From a virus: a stretch of DNA of 64,000 nucleotides. Of the stretch, positions 55,508-62,879 are shown one piece after another. Numbering within the stretch: the stretch's first letter is position 1; each line of letters starts with the position of its first letter. The DNA lies in the IMG/VR virus record IMGVR_UViG_3300045988_180880, positions 224,001 to 288,000 of that record; one strand, 5' to 3'. The position numbers and the translations under genes were made by a program. The notes beneath the pieces are model-generated. The model was not told where the DNA came from. It ran no database searches and saw only the letters and a list, made by a program, of their open reading frames with translations.

Positions 55508-55592
55508 AGGGATTAGGTTCGGCGCTAAAGTTGCTGCGGAGATGGGTTAAGTAGGTTACTTAATTTTGTATCCCGGGACTTAGCTCCGACCT
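55508..55592 (+). promoter_or_regulatory. structured GC-rich leader with a terminator-like helix upstream of 55629
   Basis: CAGGGAT (55508-14) pairs with ATCCCGG (55571-77). AGGTTCGGCGCTAAAGT (55515-31) pairs with GACTTAGCTCCGACCT (55577-92), followed by CTTCTTTTT. The two helices cross each other. Confidence 0.4.
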
Positions 55593-55628
55593 CTTCTTTT
55601 TAGTTCTTTGTAAAAATACTATGTTCAT

Positions 55629-56093
55629 ATGATAATAAAGAGAAAAACAAAAAGTGTCTCCGATCTGTTCTATATATCATCAAGACCAGACTTAGATGGA
55701 GAATATATAAAACCGAAAATTAATTTGTACCCAGATGTAGGATCAGCACTTTCAGGAATATCAGCAGTTCCGGGAGAGGATACGAACATAGAAGGAGCTA
55801 CTTATTATATATACAAGCCGCTAATGGGAAGAGCCGATTCACTAGTAAAACCTGGAATAATAGAATCTCCGAAGGTATTAGTTCTCCCTGATGAATATTG
55901 GTATCTACAAGAACTCCGGCTCAGATTTATAGCGGCAGTTAAAGTCTTGGGGAGAGAAAAACTTATTGGAACTTATAGAACTGGAACTAGACAAACTCCA
56001 TCTAGAGTATATTCTTGGAGTTGGGAAGAAATTTTAGGGAAATATCAGAAGAAAGGTAAGTTAATAGAGACTGATAAAACAAAGAAAACGTGA
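55629..56093 (+). CDS. hypothetical protein with shared N-terminal motif (MIIKRKTKS)
   Basis: 154-aa ORF. Confidence 0.6.
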   Translation: MIIKRKTKSVSDLFYISSRPDLDGEYIKPKINLYPDVGSALSGISAVPGEDTNIEGATYYIYKPLMGRADSLVKPGIIESPKVLVLPDEYWYLQELRLRFIAAVKVLGREKLIGTYRTGTRQTPSRVYSWSWEEILGKYQKKGKLIETDKTKKT

Positions 56094-56162
56094 ATAATTT
56101 ATTTTCTAATATTTTTAAGAAGAGGGAAAAATACTGGGAAACTATAAACAAATTAAATCAAT

Positions 56163-56675
56163 ATGAAAATACTACGAAATAAAACATATTCTGATTCTGA
56201 CAATGAAACTCCAAAGAAAGTCGGAGAAGCTATCGGAACTGCACTAGTCGGAACAGCTGGAACTGTAGGAGCAACAGACTTAATAAAACGTGGGGCTAAG
56301 AAGTATATAACCAGTCAGGAATCAAAGAAAGCAAAAAAAGCATTTAAAGAAGGTATTAAGAAACTTGATTCAACCAGGAAAGCTAATAATTTTAAAGCAG
56401 AAGTAGCTCGTGGTGAAACTAATTCAGGAAGCGCTTTAGATCTAATTTTCCACAAAAGAAAAGTCAAGAAAGCAGATCAAGTATATAAAGCAGCTACCTC
56501 TAAAAATAATGAAGCCTATAAATCAGGTGTTAAAGCTCTTAAGAAAACTTTAATATCTAATAAAGATGCAAATATCGCCAAAAGAACAGGAAGAGTTGGA
56601 AAAATAGCTACGACTGCTGGTTTAATTGGAACAGGTATAGCAGCTGGAATGAAACTTAGAAAGAAAGATAAATAA
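56163..56675 (+). CDS. Lys-rich glycine-zipper protein with shared N-terminal motif (MKILRNKTYS)
   Basis: AIGTALVGTAGTVGA and TTAGLIGTGIAAGM segments. Confidence 0.6.
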   Translation: MKILRNKTYSDSDNETPKKVGEAIGTALVGTAGTVGATDLIKRGAKKYITSQESKKAKKAFKEGIKKLDSTRKANNFKAEVARGETNSGSALDLIFHKRKVKKADQVYKAATSKNNEAYKSGVKALKKTLISNKDANIAKRTGRVGKIATTAGLIGTGIAAGMKLRKKDK

Positions 56676-56681
56676 TAGGAA

Positions 56682-56770
56682 CGGAGATAGTAACCTATAA
56701 TGGAATAGGGACTGCCTGCTAAGCAGATCGATCGTGTTTTACGATTAGAGGTCGGAACTCTACATCTCCG
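56682..56770 (+). ncRNA. tRNA-like five-helix element (possible degenerate class-II tRNA, anticodon-loop-like CUGCUAA = GCU/Ser)
   Basis: A closing stem CGGAGAT/ATCTCCG encloses four hairpins at 56694-56709, 56712-56726, 56731-56745 and 56746-56762. The first loop has a GG. Spacing and the T-loop (GUCGGAA) are non-canonical. Confidence 0.35.
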
Positions 56771-56847
56771 CATTATAAAGAATAAAAATATAATCTATAG
56801 AGTTATTGGTTTAGCTCTATAGAACGACTTAGTGATTATTAGTTAAT

Positions 56848-56919
56848 TTCCCCTTAGTTCAGCGGATAGAACCTGGGATTTCTAATCCCATAACGTGTGT
56901 TCGATTCACACAGGGGAAA
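56848..56919 (+). tRNA. tRNA-Arg (anticodon TCT)
   Basis: Hand-folded cloverleaf. Acceptor TTCCCCT/AGGGGAA, D stem GTTC/GAAC, anticodon arm TGGGA-TTTCTAA-TCCCA, T arm GTGTG-TTCGATT-CACAC. Confidence 0.85.
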
Positions 56920-56970
56920 CAAATAAATATAAATTACAACTAAATTTAACTAATAAAAACTAAATTAATC

Positions 56971-57135
56971 ATGACAACAATTTTTAAGAAAGTAATCTTT
57001 AACCCTCTTAAGAGAGCGGTTAAGTGGTATTTTACTCAGTCTGCTAAAACAGGAAATTATATCTGTATGACTGGAACTTTTCCTCAAGAGTACTATGAAA
57101 TGATGTATGAAAAGAGGAAAGATCAACAAAAGTAA
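56971..57135 (+). CDS. possible small ORF (54 aa)
   Basis: ATG ORF MTTIFKKVIFNPLKRAVKWY... between two tRNAs. Preferred over the low-complexity antisense ORF 56965..57255. Confidence 0.35.
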   Translation: MTTIFKKVIFNPLKRAVKWYFTQSAKTGNYICMTGTFPQEYYEMMYEKRKDQQK

Positions 57136-57219
57136 AAGACAGTAGAAATTTATGGGATATAGGAAATTCCTATATACCCTTCGTTGACTAGGAAGAAAAT
57201 AATTAATAAAAAAATATAT

Positions 57220-57291
57220 CGCAGGATGAAAGAAATGGTATCTGACAAGTTTCATAAGCTTGGGTTGTTCGTTCGAATCGAGCTCCTGCTA
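57220..57291 (+). tRNA. tRNA with CAT anticodon (Met, or Ile2 if lysidine-modified)
   Basis: Anticodon arm CAAGT-TTCATAA-GCTTG, T arm GTTCG-TTCGAAT-CGAGC, 6-bp acceptor with a C1-U72 mismatch. The D arm is imperfect. Confidence 0.65.
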
Positions 57292-57431
57292 CATACATAC
57301 TAACGATGTGATATCGTAAGTTCTTTATTGTATTTATAAAAATATAGAAGAGAGATTTAGTAAGACTCTCTTCTATTAATAAAAAAAAAAGAACTTTAAT
57401 TGATATTACGGGAAGTAGTAAATTTAATTAT

Positions 57432-58160
57432 ATGAATAAGTACAATAAAGATGAATTAGAGAGATTAATTTTTAAAGAAAATTTATCTTATAAAGAAATT
57501 GGCAAAAAATATGGAGTATCTGGAAATACTATTAGAAAGAATGCAAAAAAGTTAGGAATAGTGTTACCTAAGAGAAGAAATATAAATCCTAATGAAACTT
57601 TTAATAAAGGAAAACAGATTCATATAGCTAACAAAAAACAAAATTCTAATAATAGTAAATTAGATCTCATATCTGATAATGATTTTATTGAAATTATCAA
57701 GACAAAGGATAATTGGAAAGATATATTAGTTTCACTTGGATATAATAAACATGGATCTAAATTTATTAGGGATAAAATAAGAAAAAGATGTTCGAATTTG
57801 GGAATAAATTTAAATCTTAAACAAAATCAACTAGATACTGTACCAATTTTATCTGTAACTAAAGGAGATTTATTTAAAAAACGTTCTAATTGGCAGAACG
57901 CTAGATCTAATATTCAAAATTCAGCAAGAAAAATATTTTTTAAGAATTGTCTTGATCCTAAATGTATAGTTTGTGGATATACTAATCATGTGGAAGTAGC
58001 ACATATAAAGGCAGTTAGTAATTTTAGTGAGGATTCATTAATATCAGAAATTAACGATATTTCTAATTTAATAGGTTTATGTCCTAATCATCATTGGGAG
58101 TATGATAATGGATTATTAGATATAAGTAAATACATAAATCATGAAAATAATAAGAAATAA
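57432..58160 (+). CDS. free-standing HNH homing endonuclease
   Basis: CIVCGY...HVEVAHIKAV...LCPNHHWEYDNG. The N-terminal HTH region is paralogous to 59388..60251. Confidence 0.8.
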   Translation: MNKYNKDELERLIFKENLSYKEIGKKYGVSGNTIRKNAKKLGIVLPKRRNINPNETFNKGKQIHIANKKQNSNNSKLDLISDNDFIEIIKTKDNWKDILVSLGYNKHGSKFIRDKIRKRCSNLGINLNLKQNQLDTVPILSVTKGDLFKKRSNWQNARSNIQNSARKIFFKNCLDPKCIVCGYTNHVEVAHIKAVSNFSEDSLISEINDISNLIGLCPNHHWEYDNGLLDISKYINHENNKK

Positions 58161-58497
58161 TATTATTCCTTTTCCAGGCTATAAAGCAGTAAATATCTTT
58201 GGAATTTTATTTGTAAGGAAGAATGCTAATATAAAACCAGAAGACTTAAATCATGAAGAAATACATACAGCACAAATGAAAGAAATGGCTTATATCGGAT
58301 TTTATGTATGGTATTTCTTGGAGTGGTTATTATGTCTCCTAGTTTCAGGATTTAGCTTTGGTTATGCTTATCATGATATTAGTCTTGAGGAAGAAGCACA
58401 CTTAAATGATAAAGACCTGGAATACTTAAAAACCAGAAAACATTATTCTTGGTGGTCCTATATAAAACTAGGAAGTTGGAAGAAAAATAAAAATTAA
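58141..58497 (+). CDS. HExxH-motif membrane protein
   Basis: NHEEIHTAQ motif followed by hydrophobic YIGFYVWYFLEWLLCLLVSGF. The N-terminus MKIIRNN resembles the shared motif. Confidence 0.5.
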   Translation: MKIIRNNIIPFPGYKAVNIFGILFVRKNANIKPEDLNHEEIHTAQMKEMAYIGFYVWYFLEWLLCLLVSGFSFGYAYHDISLEEEAHLNDKDLEYLKTRKHYSWWSYIKLGSWKKNKN

Positions 58498-58518
58498 CCA
58501 TATATACATAAAAAGATT

Positions 58519-58833
58519 ATGATTATACTTAGAAATAAGACCTATTCGCATGAAGAAGAAATTGCGAATATTGCGGCAGCTCCTGGAAGTCCAGAGTATA
58601 GCCATGAAAGAGCCGAAATAGAAAAGAAACCGGCTCAAGAAGCATCAGCAGTTCAAGAAGGTTATGAAAAAGCATCTCAGGAAATTGATAAAACAGTAGA
58701 AGAAGTAGAAATAGTTCCTGAAGCAGCTGAAGAAGCAATCGAAACAGAAGCACGTGAAGCTGGAGATTCTAACCTAGACTCTAGAAATGATGCATTAAAA
58801 ACTCTTAATGATTTCTTAGGTAATATTCATTAA
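58519..58833 (+). CDS. acidic protein with shared N-terminal motif (MIILRNKTYS)
   Basis: 104-aa ORF. Confidence 0.6.
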   Translation: MIILRNKTYSHEEEIANIAAAPGSPEYSHERAEIEKKPAQEASAVQEGYEKASQEIDKTVEEVEIVPEAAEEAIETEAREAGDSNLDSRNDALKTLNDFLGNIH

Positions 58834-58835
58834 TT

Positions 58836-59054
58836 ATGATTATCCTCAGGCAAAAGAATTATTCCGGCCGAGAAAAAGTACCTCAGGCTATAGCAGAGAA
58901 GGCACGAAAATCTGGAGTAGTTCAAAAAGATTCAAATGGTGCCTGGAGAATTATTAGCCTGAAAACTTCTCCGGCCGAATATTGGGATGCACATTATGAT
59001 ACCCGTGAAGATGCTGAAAAAGCTCTAGCCGCTTATCATGCAAATAAACATTAA
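58836..59054 (+). CDS. small protein with shared N-terminal motif (MIILRQKNYS)
   Basis: 72-aa ORF, 2 nt after the upstream stop. Confidence 0.6.
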   Translation: MIILRQKNYSGREKVPQAIAEKARKSGVVQKDSNGAWRIISLKTSPAEYWDAHYDTREDAEKALAAYHANKH

Positions 59055-59168
59055 GAGATTAATTTTAGAAGCGATGAAAATCGGATATTTTGAAAATTTT
59101 TACACTAGTACTTTTATCTCAGAATAAAGGAAATTGAGTAGTTATAGTGTTAGGTTTTTAACGCTTTT

Positions 59169-59251
59169 ACGGGAATGTTGGAATCGGTAGACAAGTAACT
59201 CTTAGAAAGTTATGCTAATTTAGCATGAGGGTTCGAGACCCTCTTCCCGTA
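59169..59251 (+). tRNA. tRNA-Leu (anticodon TAG), class II
   Basis: Acceptor ACGGGAA/TTCCCGT, D arm TTG-GAATCGGTAGA-CAA, anticodon arm TAACT-CTTAGAA-AGTTA, variable arm TGCTAA/TTAGCA, T arm GAGGG-TTCGAGA-CCCTC. Confidence 0.85.
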
Positions 59252-59387
59252 CGATAAGTTAACGATGTGAATCGATTCCTTATTAATTCATTTATATAAA
59301 ATATAGAGAGCTCGACGGGGCTCTCTTTAAGTAGAATTAATAAGATGTTGTTTATGATTCATGGGATGTAACTTAGATTTTATATAA

Positions 59388-60251
59388 ATGAATGAAAGTA
59401 AATTAAGTAATGTAACAAAAGAAGAATTAGAAAAACTAATCTTTGGAGAAAAATTATCCTATGAAGAAATAGGTAGGAGATATGAAGTTTCTGGAAGTGC
59501 TATTAAAAAGAAGGCTAAAAAATTAGGTATAGAACTTCCTAAGAAAAGAGATATAAATTCTAATGAAACTTTTAATAAAGGATACTCTTTTAAGTATAAT
59601 AAGAAAGATTTAGAGAAGTATTTAGGTGAAGGAAAGAGTTATAAAGAGATTGGAAATATTTATGGAGTATCTTCATCATCTATATATAGGGCAGTTAAAA
59701 GTTTTGGATTATCACCTAAGAAAAAATCTCCTAAGAAAAAAGAGTCAAAAAATTTGAATAAACCTAAAATTATAATAAATTCTGTAGATGATAGTGTTTT
59801 TTCAGATTATGTAAAGGATAGTTTATCAATAGCAGAAGTCGCTAGATCAATTGGAATAGATAATAATAAAATTAATACTAGCGTTTATAGAGAAATTCAT
59901 AAAAGAATCGATTCTTTAAAGTTAGATACATCTCATTTTACAGGAGGTGCATGGAATGTAGGAGATAGATTTAGAAAAATAGATAAAGGATTTCCATTAA
60001 GTGAAGTTTTAGTAAAAAACTCATCATATAAATGTACTAATTCTTTAAGGAAAAAGCTATTTAATGAAGGTGTAAAAGAACGAAAGTGTGAATGTTGCGG
60101 TATAACTGAATGGAATGGAAAGCCTGCACCATTACAACTTCATCATATAGATGGAGATAATACTAATAATTCTTTAGAAAATCTTCAAATACTTTGTCCT
60201 AATTGTCATGCTCAAACAGATAATTATTGTAGTAAAAATAAAAACGTCTAA
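59388..60251 (+). CDS. free-standing HNH homing endonuclease
   Basis: CECCG...LQLHHIDGDNTNNSLENLQILCPNCH. Confidence 0.85.
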   Translation: MNESKLSNVTKEELEKLIFGEKLSYEEIGRRYEVSGSAIKKKAKKLGIELPKKRDINSNETFNKGYSFKYNKKDLEKYLGEGKSYKEIGNIYGVSSSSIYRAVKSFGLSPKKKSPKKKESKNLNKPKIIINSVDDSVFSDYVKDSLSIAEVARSIGIDNNKINTSVYREIHKRIDSLKLDTSHFTGGAWNVGDRFRKIDKGFPLSEVLVKNSSYKCTNSLRKKLFNEGVKERKCECCGITEWNGKPAPLQLHHIDGDNTNNSLENLQILCPNCHAQTDNYCSKNKNV

Positions 60252-60335
60252 TATCTATACTAACCTCTTTTCCTCTTAATAATTCTCTCTAAACAAGGGG
60301 GAGGGGTAAAATAATTAACACTTTAAACAATTATT

Positions 60336-61148
60336 ATGTACATAAGAAGAAAAGTATTCTCACTATTACAAGACGGTGAGACAGGAGAAGAGAAGTATTT
60401 TTCTACGACCGATGTAACTTTGGATAATCTTGAAGAAAGAATTTTTAGTATTTCAATTCCAACTGAAGAAGAATTAGAACAAAGAGAATTCGGTGCTAGA
60501 CAGAGAAAACAGAATAGAAAACTAGCTAGATCTATTCACAATGCCGAGATGCAAGCAAATAAAGCAGCTAAGGCACAAGAAAAAGCAGCTAAAATAGTTT
60601 CTAATCCAGCTAATTTAGTTGATGAGAAGAAAATGGAAGAAGCTCAGAAACTTACTAAGAAAGCACAAAAAGCAGTTGAGTCTTCTAATCGTAATGCAGG
60701 TCAAGCTTCTCAACAAGTAAAGAATATCTCTAAAACTAGAAAGTCAGTTGCGACAAATCCGGGAGGTCTTGAAATTAAAAATCAAGGTGCAGGAGATATA
60801 ACTGTTAAGAAAGAAGGTGGTAATGTAACTGCTCATAAAATTGCTTCTAAGAAAAGTGGTCAGACAACAACTACTGTAAGAACAACGTCAACTAAGCCTG
60901 ATGTTGTAGTTGATAAGATGACATCCAAAGGTTCTAAGAAAGTTTCTACAGAGGCAGTAAAGAAATCCGCTGAGAAAACTCAAAAAGTTGCAGAAGTAGC
61001 TCAAAAAACAACAAAAGACTCAAAGAAGATTCTGAATGGGGCTAAAAAATTAATGAACACAAAAGCTGGTAAAATAGCTGGAGGAGTTGCTTTAGCTAGT
61101 GGTGCGATGATCGGGGCTAAAAAGTTATATGATCATAAAAAGAAATAA
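60336..61148 (+). CDS. Lys/Ala-rich protein with C-terminal glycine zipper and shared N-terminal motif (MYIRRKVFS)
   Basis: 270-aa ORF with KIAGGVALASGAMIGAKK at the C-terminus. Confidence 0.6.
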   Translation: MYIRRKVFSLLQDGETGEEKYFSTTDVTLDNLEERIFSISIPTEEELEQREFGARQRKQNRKLARSIHNAEMQANKAAKAQEKAAKIVSNPANLVDEKKMEEAQKLTKKAQKAVESSNRNAGQASQQVKNISKTRKSVATNPGGLEIKNQGAGDITVKKEGGNVTAHKIASKKSGQTTTTVRTTSTKPDVVVDKMTSKGSKKVSTEAVKKSAEKTQKVAEVAQKTTKDSKKILNGAKKLMNTKAGKIAGGVALASGAMIGAKKLYDHKKK

Positions 61149-61215
61149 AAAAGATAATCTATAGAGGTAGTGTAATCAATCTCCTCTATAGAACTTAATA
61201 TAAATATTATAAAAT

Positions 61216-61659
61216 ATGAAATTTAATAAAACTCTTGAAGCTGTAAATATTATGGTTATGGCTTCTTATCCGGCCGCTAGATTCTATGAAGCGCAAGGTA
61301 TACTAATTGAAGAAAATAATAGTTTTATCCCTGAAGTTTCTGGAATGGTAATTGTTTATTCATTACCTCTTGGAAAAACGCTTCTTGTAAATGTTGCGGC
61401 CGAGTCGGAAGAAGCCTATGAATTTAAACTAATCAATGAAAACTGGCTTGAAGATAGATCTATAACTCCTTATGTAGGTATGACTCTAGAAGATGCTTTT
61501 CAAGAATTAGTTAAAGCAGAAAAGATTATTAAATCTAGAAATGTAGTTCTCAGACATCCATTACATCCATCTTATACTCGTCCTGTTTATATATTTGGTG
61601 ATGTTCGGCGAGGAGGTAATAGTGTTGATGTAATGACTGGAGAAATAAGAGAAGAATAA
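61216..61659 (+). CDS. hypothetical protein
   Basis: 147-aa ORF. Confidence 0.55.
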   Translation: MKFNKTLEAVNIMVMASYPAARFYEAQGILIEENNSFIPEVSGMVIVYSLPLGKTLLVNVAAESEEAYEFKLINENWLEDRSITPYVGMTLEDAFQELVKAEKIIKSRNVVLRHPLHPSYTRPVYIFGDVRRGGNSVDVMTGEIREE

Positions 61660-61690
61660 AAAGATTTGCTTTAGATGATTTAATAATATT

Positions 61691-62149
61691 ATGATGAAAG
61701 TTAAAAGATTTTCTCAAACTCAACCAGATATAGAGTGGCATAAAAACAATATAAATCCAAACTCAGGTAGCAATCTGGAAGATGGAAGTACTCTTTATAA
61801 AGCAAAATCTGGAGATTATCTTTATTTGTATAAAGATGGTGAATGGGTTATTATGAATGGTGTTAATAAATTTATGCAGGATTCTAAATTATATCAAATT
61901 TCAAAATTCGATAAAAACATTCATAATAAGATTGGAGCCGCAGGAGCAGTTATTGGTGGTTTTGTTGGGAGTTTGCCTGGATTAGCAATGGGTAATTTAA
62001 AAACAGCTGCTACAGGGGCTGTGATTGGATCAACTATATCTGGATTATATAATAGAAATAAAGCAAAGAAACGTGCTGAAAATATAGTAAAGGATTACGA
62101 GTCTAAGTATGGTAAGAATGCTTATACTACATTTATGAAAAAGAAGTAA
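61691..62149 (+). CDS. glycine-zipper protein with related N-terminus (MMKVKRFS)
   Basis: IGAAGAVIGGFVGSLPGLAMGNLKTAATGAVIGSTISG. Confidence 0.6.
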   Translation: MMKVKRFSQTQPDIEWHKNNINPNSGSNLEDGSTLYKAKSGDYLYLYKDGEWVIMNGVNKFMQDSKLYQISKFDKNIHNKIGAAGAVIGGFVGSLPGLAMGNLKTAATGAVIGSTISGLYNRNKAKKRAENIVKDYESKYGKNAYTTFMKKK

Positions 62150-62252
62150 ACTATCTTTAATTTTAAATTACTTTTACTATAATTGAATACCTATTCCATT
62201 TTAAGGATGTAGTAAGGAATGATATTCAGTTTATTATATATTTCTAATAATA

Positions 62253-62360
62253 AAAAAAATGAGATACACTATTCTCACGAACTATGTATCTCTTGGCAAG
62301 TTACTACAAAAATTAATGTAGCAAGTTTAATCCTCATAAAAAATGAGAATTAATTTTTTA
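62253..62360 (-). ncRNA. sRNA-like unit 1 (promoter-like motif to intrinsic terminator)
   Basis: On the - strand, AAGCCTTATATATG (62364-62377) is followed by hairpin CTACA/TGTAG and then terminator GAGATACA...TGTATCTC (62261-62292) with a T-run. Confidence 0.4.
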
Positions 62361-62537
62361 AATCATATATAAGGCTTTGAAGTGATAAAAATAATACTGT
62401 CTTATTTTCACAAACTGTACTGCCTTTTACGACAAATAATAATAATAAAATTACCTTACATAGGTAATTAGTATAAGTTCCAAGTTTTATTGTAGTAAAA
62501 AACTTATACTGATTTATTCTACTACATACCTTAATGA

Positions 62538-62625
62538 TAAAAAATGAGATACACTATTCTCACGAACCATGTATCTCTGCGTAGCAAATTTAATCAACAC
62601 AGATTGTGAAGATTAAATTCTTATA
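62538..62625 (-). ncRNA. sRNA-like unit 2 (tandem paralogue of unit 1)
   Basis: Same promoter-like motif (62630-62644) and a near-identical terminator hairpin (62546-62577). The internal 9-bp hairpin is AATTTAATC/GATTAAATT. Confidence 0.4.
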
Positions 62626-62663
62626 TTAACATATATAAGGCTTTGAAGTCTTATTAAAAATGT

Positions 62664-62735
62664 GGTCCTATCGTCTATCGGTTAGGACGCGAGATTTTCA
62701 TTCTCGAAAGAGGAGTTCGATTCTCCTTAGGACTA
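62664..62735 (+). tRNA. tRNA-Glu (anticodon TTC)
   Basis: Acceptor GGTCCTA/TAGGACT (G1-U72 wobble), D arm GTCT-ATCGGTTA-GGAC, anticodon arm CGAGA-TTTTCAT-TCTCG, T arm AGGAG-TTCGATT-CTCCT. Confidence 0.85.
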
Positions 62736-62879
62736 CAAAAGTCAACGATGAGATATCGCAAAGACTTATTTAGACATGTTAATAGTGAAAAGGATAGAAT
62801 TAGCTACTCTATCCTCTCACTTTAAATCTAAGTAAGGTTACGTAATAATTGATATCTCGGGAAGTGATAATTAAATAAC

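Noticed and set aside
56821-56832. AACGACT string just upstream of tRNA-Arg as a seventh group I intron core.
   Set aside because: There is no matching ATAGTC partner, no P1 or omega-G context and no interrupted gene nearby.
56516-57255. Listed - strand ORFs 56516..56773 and 56965..57255.
   Set aside because: The first is antisense to gene 56163..56675 and to the tRNA-like element. The second overlaps the tRNA with the CAT anticodon and is low-complexity.
62736-62879. A group I intron 5' half starting right after tRNA-Glu, with the endonuclease as an intron ORF. That would make one large intron from about 62770 to 63694.
   Set aside because: The leader is homologous to the leaders of the two free-standing HNH genes, which have no intron core downstream. 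A complete compact intron with its own P1 and exon 1 fits 63518-63694.
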